Part shown: positions 25,304 through 33,875 of the stretch, in pieces
Numbering within the stretch: position 1 is the first letter of the stretch
How the letters are laid out: the number at the start of each line of letters is the position of its first letter
NCBI GenBank assembly: GCA_043228905.1
Contig: JBHGNT010000004.1
Span: 15,004,001-15,068,000, forward strand
DNA from: Azolla caroliniana
Taxonomy: Eukaryota; Plantae; Polypodiophyta
Direction of reading: 5' to 3'
Length of the DNA stretch: 64,000 bases
Program-made: the position numbers and the translations under genes
Notes under the pieces: generated by a model
Database searches by the model: none
What the model saw: the letters and a program-made list of their open reading frames with translations, nothing else
Told to the model about the DNA's origin: nothing

Positions 25304-28300
25304 ATTTGCCGTGCACATAGGCCCCGGCCCCATGGACCACGACCTCGACACCCTTGTCATCGACAGATAAAAGCCATTATCTCCCGCCATCGTAGGTGCT
25401 TCCCTCGCTTCTGAGACATTTCCATTCTGGATCGACCTATGTTAGAGATCTTTCGAAGACAAAAGCTACAATATACCTAACTTGAGAATCTCACATGTGC
25501 CAAAAACCAGATTCCCTCGTTTCTTCTCTTTTCATCTTATTTACTTTTATATTTACTGTGTAATATTTATTTTATTTTGATTTGTTCTCAAAGATGAGAA
25601 AACACTCAAGATGTAATCTCTTATTTGGTCTTATAGGACATTTTGGCCTCTTAAAAGACGTTAATATATCTTTCTCTCTTTCTTTCTTTCTCTCTCAGGC
25701 CATTTTGGCCTCTTAAAAGATGTTAATATAGATTTTTTTCTTCTTCTTTCTCACTCTTTCCTCAAGCCTTGATCCTCACAATTAACCTGAAGCGTAAACC
25801 TTAACCTTCCATCATAAGTGTTTCAGCCTAATTTCATATATATGAGTGCGGTTGGTTTCACCACATGATTAATAAATGGAGGTAGTTGTATGCTAATGAA
25901 TTCTTGTGTTAACACATGCATTAATTTATTTATTTATTGTGTGTGCTACATGGGTTAGGTCTTCCTGTCAATCATATATCTTATGTTAATAATGTTAAGA
26001 GTGTAGGTGATACTAAGAAAATGGTTTGCCAAATGAACGAGCATATTCTGTGGAGTTGCCATCTAGTGGGTGTTACTCTACCTGAGTCTCAATATAACAA
26101 ACTGATGATTTAGGTACATCCCATTGTCAGTTAAAGTAATACCTGACCTTAAAAACAATAACGTTATACACAAAAAAAAAAAAATTGAGATAATTTGTCA
26201 CCACATGCTATTGAACCAAGTGTTATTACTTTACAATGTCAGGAAAGTAGTCCAATTTCAGCAATTCTCAGGACTTAGCCACATGCAAAGATTTTTGCTT
26301 TTGAACACATGTGATGAAAGTAGTCCAATTTCAGCAATTCTCAGGACATAGCCACATGCAAAGATTTTTGCTTTTATGCTTAATGAATTTGAAGTGATGA
26401 AAATATTATCTTAAAATGAGCTACCTACACCAGCAATAAAATTTCAATTATATTTTGCGGGATTTTATGTGACCTAACTAGTAAATTTTAAATTTTCAGG
26501 TGAAAGGGGATTCTCCAGAAAGTGTAGAATATAATGGAATGAAAAATCTGATTGATGCTCTCAAGGATCATGTTGGTTTGCGGGATGGAAAAATTTTATT
26601 AAGTGTCACTGGTATGATGCTTTTAAGGATTGTAGACCTGGAAGTGTTTGTTGAGCCCTAACATGTTTTTAGTCTTGGTTTCAAACAGGCAGTGGTTTGA
26701 CTGTGGGTCCTGCATGGGGTTCACTTGATGATGTAGTGATGGGTGGTGTGAGTGCAAGCTCGCTTCAGATTTCTTTGAGTGGTGGTGAAGAAGGTGGTCC
26801 TGTTGCAGTTTTCAAAGGTGGTTCGCCTTATTTAAACGAGTATTATGCCTTTCAGATGTTGTAACAGGTGTTAGGAAGATTCTTTAATAATGTGTTGATT
26901 TTATGTAGGAAATGTGTCAACCGATAACAATGGTGGTTTTGCAAGTATCCGTACAAAGGTAGTGGACGATAGGTCTTCCACCAAATAAACCTCTGTGTAA
27001 ATACTTCTGATTTCATTAAGACATCTAAGTAATACAATTTATATTTTTTTTAAAAGGGAAATAGTTGAAGGGGATATTTTTAAACTAACCAGAAACTTTA
27101 CGCTGATGATGCATACCGTTGTCTCATTTTGAAACCACATCTTCTTCTAAATTAATGTGGAGACATAATTCTCCATACATAAACAGCATTCAGATAACCA
27201 TGATTTCGTGAAAGTTGAATACCTACTAAACTACTTGAAATTAAGAGTAGGTGACCTTCAAATTTTGAAGGAAGGTTATGATTCCAGGTCATTGTATTAA
27301 GAGCATTAAGATTAAATGTCTCAGCATTGGTCACAAGTTGTTTTTGCGTTTTGCTAATTATATATATATATATATATATATGTTAGAACTTTGATATACC
27401 AGAGGACCTATCTGCATACGAGGGTTTGGAGCTGCGACTTAAAGGTGATGGCCATCGCTACAAGCTAATTGTAAGAACATCAAAAGACTGGGATGCACTT
27501 GGCTATGCTTCTAGTTTTGACACAGAGAAGGATCAATGGCAATCTGTAAGTATATCTTTACAAAGAAATTTCTTCTCATTTGATTTTGCAATGTGATTTC
27601 TTAAATAAATTTCCTCCAGATTCGGCTACCTTTTGCAAAATTTGTTCCCACATTTCGAGCTCGAACAGTTAAGGATGCAGAACTATTCCTGACTTCCAAC
27701 ATTATTTCTTTACAGGTGGGTGCAGGATGAGTATGCTTTGATTTCCATTATATATAGTCTTTGCTTTAAAAAGTCTTTGTATTAACAGTTGATGTACAGC
27801 AAGTTTGAATATGATGGGAAGCTCAATCCTACCTTTGAGATGGGTAACTTTGAATTACCTGTAGCAAATATCAAGGCGTACTTGAAGGATCCAATCAAAC
27901 CAAGGTTTTGACCTTTGACAGCACTAAACAGGCTCTCTTAAGAAACGTTTCAGAAATTCAAAGTCCCTAAACATTGCCAAAACGTTTTCAGGATTGTTCA
28001 TGTGAGTTCTGCTGGTGTGACTAGACCTTATAGACCGGGTTTAGATTTGAGCAAACAACCTCCTGCTGTTCGAATGAACAAAGAATTGGGTTATGTACTC
28101 GACTTCAAGCTTAAGGTAAATGAGCTTGAACATTTCTGTTAAAATGCAAATTTATCAATAATGGAAGTTTTGTATGTGTGCTCATCAACATCTTACCTAA
28201 TAGGCAGAGGATGTACTACGAGAGAGTGGAATCCCTTACACCATTATAAGGCCTTGTGCTTTGACTGAGGAGCCAGCTGGAGCAGACCTCATATTTGAAC

Positions 28301-28966
28301 AGGGTGACAATATTACGGTATCAAATTTTAAAGGGCACAACAACCTAAATATCCTTAACTTGTCTGGTATTTACCAGAGTAACCCTAATTTTTAAAAATT
28401 ATGAAAGGACCTCTGTATTAAACAAAACTTACTTCCATTCTGGGTTTTTTGTGGTCATGTTTGAAAACTTTCGGGTGCTTTGGTAACTACTGAACAAGAT
28501 AGGGGTATTTTATTCTTGTTTAGAATTTAATTAGTAACATGCGTGTCTCCCTGACAAAGTGGCATTCTGTAAGGTGACTGATTGGGCAAGCACCTGAACC
28601 AGTACCCTTTAATTAGAAGAGAAAGAAGAAAAGTCTAATTTCTGTAAGTTATACTGTTTATCAGGGTAAAGTGTCTCGAGAAGATATTGCTGAACTTTGT
28701 GTGGCTGCATTAGAGAGTCCATCAGCTTGTGATAAAACATTTGAGGTAAATGAATTGTAATGGTCTATTTGACGAAAGGATGACATTTTACTATATCTAG
28801 TGAATTCTTGAGAAATGAAAAATATCAGGTGAAATGTACATTACCATTTAGCGAGGCTTTCAAGGTCGATCCAGAGAATCCACCTTCACAGAGAAATTTT
28901 GAGAAGCAATTCAAAGCATTGAAGGAGGGCATTACTGGTAAGGAAGTTCTTGAGGAGCTGGTTTAA
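8857..28966 (+). CDS. NAD(P)-binding Rossmann-fold / CIA30-domain protein (At4g18810-like, HCF173-related), 16 exons, ~590 aa, probable plastid transit peptide
   Basis: join(8857-8940,9375-9563,9886-10056,10165-10215,10526-10660,10745-10768,26500-26611,26689-26817,26909-26958,27387-27545,27620-27715,27789-27904,27992-28115,28204-28317,28665-28745,28829-28966) = 1773 nt. All introns GT-AG, phases consistent, no internal stop. Motifs WDFGRFLKT, VLVTGATGGVG, WGSLDDVVMGGVS, NNGGFASIRT, YSKFEYDGKLNP, YTIIRPCALTEEP. The start could instead be ATG 8869 or 8872. Confidence 0.93.
9375..9563 (+). CDS. Exon 2
   Basis: CAG|GLTLSSEFRG...KPWDFGRFLKTVTFFNEPPTLNQ|GTAAC. Confidence 0.88.
9886..10056 (+). CDS. 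Exon 3
   Basis: AAG|FRDFISR...LVLVTGATGGVGKRVVDSLRKEGYSVRVL|GTAAG. Contains the Rossmann Gly-rich loop. Confidence 0.88.
10165..10215 (+). CDS. Exon 4
   Basis: CAG|VRNAEKARHLLGLDVDM|GTATG. Confidence 0.9.
10526..10660 (+). CDS. Exon 5
   Basis: CAG|VIGDVTKKDTL...GPKEGDTPDRQKYNQ|GTGGG. Confidence 0.92.
10745..10768 (+). CDS. Exon 6 (24-nt micro-exon)
   Basis: CAG|GIKFFEPE|GTCAG. Confidence 0.9.
11500..11915 (-). mobile_element. Old LINE fragment (post-RT region), paralogous to 16060-16490
   Basis: Collinear similarity with 16060-16490, e.g. GTGAGCCTCC.CATTTTT.CCATGTCATGATACATTGG. That copy continues into the LINE RT C-terminal ORF 16504-16842. Confidence 0.65.
11931..14475 (-). mobile_element. 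5'-truncated RTE-X-like LINE with (CT)n tail, split by a solo LTR
   Basis: IQILLYAD|DIVLISDSPEGLQRHL, YTYLG, and C-terminal LRTSSHQLQIEVGRY..LEERICQLC..VESEEHYVCHC. The 3' UTR ends in (GA)n at 11931-11978 on the + strand. Confidence 0.9.
13730..14421 (+). mobile_element. Solo LTR related to the Tork-like Copia at 45667-51025
   Basis: Starts TATTAGGAAACAGGTCCCTCCGGATGGGAAG, versus TGTTGGGAAACAGGTCCCTCCGGATGGGAAG in that LTR. Ends CCTTACA. Flanks ATCAA/ATCAG are a 5-bp TSD with one mismatch. Confidence 0.88.
14476..14915 (-). mobile_element. Copia integrase fragment
   Basis: LKCLRTDNGGEF, TTPYNPSSNGVAKRYNRTL, HLRIFGCNAFVHI...KLDAKS. Confidence 0.9.
14950..17400 (-). mobile_element. Mosaic of RTE-X-like LINE fragments (EN, linker, RT C-terminus, Zn-finger end)
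   Basis: FPCNSWFNDECK (14966-15292); LIMVNFNARVG..NYGNLLI..LIILNG, the APE endonuclease (15511-15790); 15800-15975 resembles 12360-12535; ESFKYLGLE (16504-16842); LRSCSNKLGIEV..CKVCNENLVEDE (~17170-17300). Confidence 0.75.
17720..18255 (-). mobile_element. Copia RT fragment
   Basis: QMDVKTAFLHG, CKLRQILYRLKQA, LVLYVDGMLIAG. Confidence 0.9.
18265..19169 (+). mobile_element. Copia (Ale-like) 3' end: RT/RNase H, PPT and short 3' LTR (~18985-19169)
   Basis: RYQRLAGRLIYL, SWKSKEQSVLARSTAEVEYRA, HDRTKHIEINRFFIKEK. PPT TTGAGGGGGAG is followed by TGTTGAG at 18985. LTR end is approximate. Confidence 0.85.
19175..20290 (-). mobile_element. RTE-X-like LINE RT N-half fragment
   Basis: Minus strand reads FTCNAWFDEE, KKAFDTIPR and VK*GCPLSPTL. 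Confidence 0.8.
20340..21880 (-). mobile_element. Copia fragment: GAG-pre-integrase, integrase, start of RT
   Basis: LWHARFGHLN, CVACLHGKQHR, ERKNRTVQEMAR, KVFGCDAYVHI, KARLVAKGYSQ..DYEETFAP. Confidence 0.92.
21880..22200 (-). mobile_element. Chromovirus-type (Tcn1-like) Gypsy gag C-terminal fragment
   Basis: LIEAINRAVRCDNQLFERR...PTPMETD..RRGPLSEEENQRRRANRLCLYCEGPGH, a zinc knuckle preceded by a PMEID-type motif. Confidence 0.7.
22465..24240 (+). mobile_element. RTE-X-like LINE RT region, decayed; same family as 61797-63800
   Basis: PIHKRGDP..PNTYRTIMIG, VDFRKAF, KQGCPLSSTLF, YTDD, YVYLGVTF. Collinear with 61800-62880. Confidence 0.92.
24245..24720 (-). mobile_element. LINE ORF1 end and endonuclease N-terminus fragment
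   Basis: Minus strand reads KGTSFFVSEDQAPKEQEGTRKL (ORF1-end-like), then LKIMF*NCRG...DYIFLVGTWEH..ISNIDGY (APE motifs I-II). Confidence 0.65.
25304..25750 (+). mobile_element. Short 3'-terminal copy of the 11931-14475 LINE, plus a second ~35-bp terminal stub
   Basis: 25304-25668 is a near-identical reverse complement of 11975-12346. It is preceded by (CT)n and followed by a CT-rich tail. Stub AGGCCATTTTGGCCTCTTAAAAGATGTTAATATA at 25697-25730. Confidence 0.92.
26243..26375. repeat. 60-bp direct duplication with 13-bp spacer
   Basis: GAAAGTAGTCCAATTTCAGCAATTCTCAGGAC(T/A)TAGCCACATGCAAAGATTTTTGCTTTT at 26243 and 26316. Confidence 0.95.
26500..26611 (+). CDS. Exon 7
   Basis: CAG|VKGDSPESVEYNGMKNLIDALKDHVGLRDGKILLSVT-G|GTATG. 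Confidence 0.92.
26689..26817 (+). CDS. Exon 8
   Basis: ...AWGSLDDVVMGGVSASS...AVFK-G, the start of the CIA30 domain. Confidence 0.92.
26909..26958 (+). CDS. Exon 9
   Basis: NVSTDNNGGFASIRTK|GTAG. Confidence 0.92.
27387..27545 (+). CDS. Exon 10
   Basis: TAG|NFDIPEDLSAYEGLELRLKGDGHRYK...DQWQS|GTAAG. Confidence 0.93.
27620..27715 (+). CDS. Exon 11
   Basis: IRLPFAKFVPTFRARTV...NIISLQ|GTGGG. Confidence 0.93.
27789..27904 (+). CDS. Exon 12
   Basis: LMYSKFEYDGKLNPTF...KDPIKP-R. Confidence 0.93.
27992..28115 (+). CDS. Exon 13
   Basis: IVHVSSAGVTRPYRPGLDLSKQPPAVRMNKELGYVLDFKLK. Confidence 0.93.
28204..28317 (+). CDS. Exon 14
   Basis: AEDVLRESGIPYTIIRPCALTEEPAGADLIFEQGDNIT. Confidence 0.93.
28665..28745 (+). 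CDS. Exon 15
   Basis: GKVSREDIAELCVAALESPSACDKTFE. Confidence 0.93.
28829..28966 (+). CDS. Exon 16 (terminal)
   Basis: VKCTLPFSEAFKVDPENPP...GITGKEVLEELV*, stop TAA at 28964-28966. Confidence 0.93.
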   Translation: MKCTLPFSEAFKVDPENPPSQRNFEKQFKALKEGITGKEVLEELV

Positions 28967-31900
28967 TCTGAAGATGTATAATATATTATATTGTTATAGA
29001 GAAATATGCAATGATGAGATTTTGTCATTTATAATAAATGCATACAAGAAGGTTCAATTGATTCCTGAAATATATGGAACCAGTGATCAATAATTAGAGC
29101 CTTATTTTTCATGGGAACTAATTTGGTAGTGCATACCTTGAGGGAGATGATGTCAGTATTAAAAAAAGGAGTTACAACGAGGAATCAATGTATAATGTAA
29201 CATGACTCAATTATAGGAATTACATTGGCCTTGATATAAGTTTGAGAGAAGATTTTATTTGTATAAGCTGTTTGGTATTTTGAGATTTAATAGTACACTT
29301 GTATGTACACTCCTTAATGGATTAATAAATATTCACTTGAGATCACCAATTCAGCACCTATCATCACACTAGTTCTCTAAAAAAGGCCTTGTACCTAGGT
29401 AGGTTTATGGGACATCTTATGACAATTACAAACCCACAATGACCATTATCAACGTCAACAAACAGATAATGATGGTCCTCACAACCGTTTTGATTGGTTC
29501 GTTACAAACTTTTTTATTAGTTGAGTGCAATGTTATTCTCGGATATAATACAATTTGTTGTGGGTGTTGGTTTTTTATGCTAAGCATTTGAGTGTGTGGA
29601 AGTTCAATTGCCTTGATGTTCTTCTCCTTTAGTTGAAATGTTGGTTCAAGATGTTCACATTGAATGGCACGACTTTGTATTGGTAGAGTTTTGCCTCCAA
29701 TTCAATATTGTTTGCAAAGAGGTTTGGTTTGTTGTACACCATACAAATGGTGGTACAAAAAAGACACCCTTTTTTTATCCCTCTTTTCTTGATCATTCAC
29801 TTGGTCTTTAGAACCAATGCCAATATTGATTTCTTCATGGTTGTGCTAAGTATAACAAGTACTTAACATCCCTCCAACCTAATGAGCTCATACTACTTAG
29901 AGCATTGTGTTCAGCTTAAGACCGGTAAAAATTAGGAGGATGATTGGGGGTGTTGATGTGTTGGTGGTATTGTTCTAGCCAATATTCATGTCGTGTGCGT
30001 GTGCGTGCATGAGTGTGTGGGTGTGTGTGTGTGTGGGTGTGTGTGTGTGGGTGGGTGATTGAATTGCTATTGGCCATGGCAAAAGCTCCTCCTCCAGACC
30101 CCCCAACCCTAGCCTCAAACTCAACCTCTCCGAATCCATCTGAGCCAACCACCGCGTAAGTAGACCCCATTGATCGTCTCTTGCCATGCTGAGTGGGATC
30201 GTGTTATGGATGTTTTTTAGAGCTGCCATATCCCAGCGAGTTCCGCCCAAGACCATTGCCCTCTCCACTATGCAAGATGCTATGAAACCTTAGAAACAAG
30301 TTGTTCTGTACCAAGATGGGAATCAGCTTTTTTAAAATGCTATTCGAACCTTGTTTCACACTCCTTAGAATTCTGTTCCACTCCTCATTGCTCAAACTTC
30401 TGTTCGCGATGAATATAAAAAAAAAAACCCAAAAAGAAAAAAAATCCAAATGAATGTTGCATATCATACGCGAATGTATGCAAACGTTCGCATATGTCCA
30501 CCAAGTTGGATGTATGCGAATATTAGGAACTATGGTTGGTGGATGTGGAGGGCAAACAGATGATAGTGATGGACAAGTGTGGGGGATGATATGTGATGGC
30601 ACGGGTGAGGAGCAATGGATGAGGTGTTCATATTTGATTGATTATGATGATGATATTGTTATTGTCCTTTTGTTGGTGGTCATATTTGTGGGGGTGCTAA
30701 TAATATTTATTTATTTATTTACTATGAATATGACTATATTGCTAGTAGTATTATTAATAATATAGTTTAGTATTAATTTATATTATGTCATTGGTGGACT
30801 TATTTATGATGTTAGTTGTGGAGTCATTATCATTGTACTTATCTACTTATTACTGTTGCTAGCTACTATTATTATTGGTCTATGTTTATGATATTATTGT
30901 TCAATAGGTTTAGTTATATTATGATAAGTTGGAGTTTCTTTTTTCTTTTTCTGTGTTTGGTGGGGGTGGGGATTAGCCTTAATTGTTTTTTGTTATTTTG
31001 TGGGGGCAAGTTGAACTCAATGAAAGATGTAGATACAACATTAGAGCAAAAGGAACTCGAGGGGGAAATGGCGGCACAAAACAACAAAAAACAATTACCC
31101 AAGATCTTTTCATAAAGTAAGAAGGATATGTTTAACATATACACAACCTCAATTACACCTCAATGTAGGTTACATATACACAAGCTATACATGCCTAATC
31201 TATACACAATGCTCCCAGTGATTACAATACAATGCTCTCGGCCGGAAACAATTCGTGCAGAGCTCGGTGCTACGATATTAATCTTGCCAAAAAATGATCT
31301 AGATCAATCCCCCCTTGAGGTATGCATATCTCAGCTTATATAGTTTTCCTCTTTAGACAGAGCTGAGCCATCGGCTGATTGTGAGGGCTAAAACTCAGCT
31401 ATTTCTAGTTTTACCTATTTCCTCACCTACTCTTCTACCTAACGGCGAGTTTACATAATATATTTATATTTCTGGCCTATGGACAACATTGGACACACCC
31501 GTGGGACAGGACTTTATCCGTCGGACCCACGGTTCACAATGTGGAGGGATACCCACGGGTTTGGCAAAAACAAAAAAAATTACAAAAGTTGCCCGTTTTT
31601 ACAAGGGCTTATGGGTGTGTTTTACTCCTCTTCTAATATGCCGAGGATATCCTCGGGTGCGTGGGGTTGGTCTGGCTGCTCGGAAGGTGGGGTTGGTGAT
31701 GGAGGTTTTGTTGTCGAGTTGGGGATGGTTGTGTCATCGCGTGCGCCGCCCTCTGTTGGTACCGATTCAGGCAGGGTCGTGGTTGTAGTTTGTGGCTCGG
31801 GTGGGATGGGGGGATTTGTAGGGGCAGGTTCCTCCGGTCTAGCTTCCGTGGTGGGTGGCTCGGGTCCTTGCTCGTTGGTCATGGGAGCTCTGTTAATCCC

Positions 31901-33875
31901 AGTAGCTAGGCGTTCCTCCTCATAAGCTTCGGCTTCTAAGCGAAACACCATTAGATCGTCGTTGAATTCCTCTAAAAGTTGCTCGATGGCCACGGTGTGG
32001 GATGCTGCTAAGGTATGATATTCCTCAGTCAAGTCTTCACGAAGGGTCTGGATGTTGGTGTCATCCATCTTGTAAAACCCTCGGCCCTCCTTCTGTTGGT
32101 TCTCAACATCCGCGCGTAGTATGTGTAGGTCCACGGCTTGGGTTGACCACTCCTGCCAGATATGGTCAAGCATTTCCTCGATCTTCTTGGTGAATTGCTA
32201 GTGATACTTGTTGATCAGGATCTTGATTTTAGTATCGTCCATGCCGATGCTAGCTCAGTGAACTTCCACTTCCTCCCTTGCGGCCTTGGCTTCTTCTTGG
32301 CTTTTGCGGACGAGGAGCGCTAAAGTAGCTTGATTATCTTTTGCTTTTTCGGTGATGAGCACGATTGTCTGCTCATAATGTTTGGTGAGCTGAGGTACAA
32401 TTTCTTCCATGTCCTGTCTCCAAGCGTCCTGATGTTGTCTCTAGCAGCGATGTGCTCTGTTTGCAACTGGTAATACGCATTGGAAATTTTTGCCCTTTGT
32501 TCTTTCGAGATCCTCCATTTCTGCATGTGTTCATTTGCCAATTCTTGTAATGCCCTTTGGTGACGTCGTAATTCTTGGTTGTCTGCGAAGAGCTCGCGTT
32601 CCCGTTGGGTATTCCGTTCTGCTTCTTTGATGAAACGTTCTTTGGCCTCGGTGATAGAGACCTGAAGGGTCATCACCTCTCTTTCTTGTTCTTTGAGTGT
32701 AGCCGAGCTTTCAGCAAGCAGTCGCTTGAGGTCAGCTTCACGGCCCGTGGCTTGTTCCCGTAGTTGGCCAAGAATGTTGTTGTGGTTCTGTTCTGCTAAC
32801 TCAGCTAGAGTGATCTAGGCTTTAAGCTGCTCTTGGTAGTCCCGGAGGGGAGGCCCTGTCTGGGTTGTCGCTTGCTGGATTCGGGGAGGGGGTTCCCTGT
32901 CCGTATGTGTCGATCGTTCCATGACGATAGGTGGTGTTGGCGTTTGCGTGGAGGCGTGGCTAGTGTGGGTGTGCGGGCTTATATCTGCCTATGACGAAGG
33001 CTCGCTTGTATGTACCAATTCTGTTGTCGTAGTGTGAATCACACACTACGTGAAATATGTAAAATACTATATCCGATTTAAAGTACGTATAATGAATAAA
33101 ATAAAATATTAAAAATATTTATTACCTGCATAGGGCAGGGTTCGAACCCTGTACCTCCACGTAGACAAACCCCAGCCTTCTAGATATGCATGGTACAAAA
33201 AGTTATTCATGCATACACACTCGAGTTAAAAGAAAAGATGGGATAGAAAGTTAATCATGCACATGTAGTGTGCATGAAAACTAAAGTTAGGAATTTAAGC
33301 ATGATGCTTGCATGTGATAAACTTAGACTCTTCCAACACTATATAAGGGAGAGAGAAAGATGTATAGTGGTTGTTGCTTATTTTACAAGGGTGGATTAAT
33401 ATAATACAATCGTGGGATTCACGAATTTGCTAACTATTTTTCTCTCTTAATCTAAGTACTCACTAATACACTATACTCGTGGGATTCACGAGTTTTTCAT
33501 ATCTTTCTTTCTTACAACATATTTCATATTCTTCATTGCCTTAGAATTTTCTTTTCTCCTAGTCCAAAACCTCAGTGGTTCCCGCCCGACTCACGCAACG
33601 ATCCGGAGCCGAAAGGCACGACACATTTGGTGAACCCGACGTGAAGATGGGTGGCAAGGAGATGGAGAATCAACAAGAAGAGACGATGAGCATAATGATG
33701 ATGATGATTGAGCGGATGCAACAAGAACAACACTTGATGTCGGAGATCAAATCGGAAGTAGAGCGGCTTGTGCAAAGAAACGGGCAATTCAACAGAAAGG
33801 ATGTGTCACGTTATCTATGTGACTACAAGGGGGCGATGATGCGACATGGGATACCAGAAGGATTGCAAGTGATAT

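Noticed and set aside
8857-28966. Assigning the symbol HCF173 or NDUFAF1/CIA30
   Set aside because: Motifs fit the At4g18810-type paralogue better, and orthology cannot be fixed without a phylogeny, so no symbol is given.
31023-31030. AAAGA+TGT as left TSD and LTR boundary of the outer Gypsy
   Set aside because: Only a 4/5 match to AAAGG, and the following sequence does not align with the other LTR.
30454-31115. Hydrophobic ORFs resembling membrane proteins
   Set aside because: AT-rich low-complexity sequence (TAT/ATT runs) gives Ile/Leu/Tyr-rich translations.
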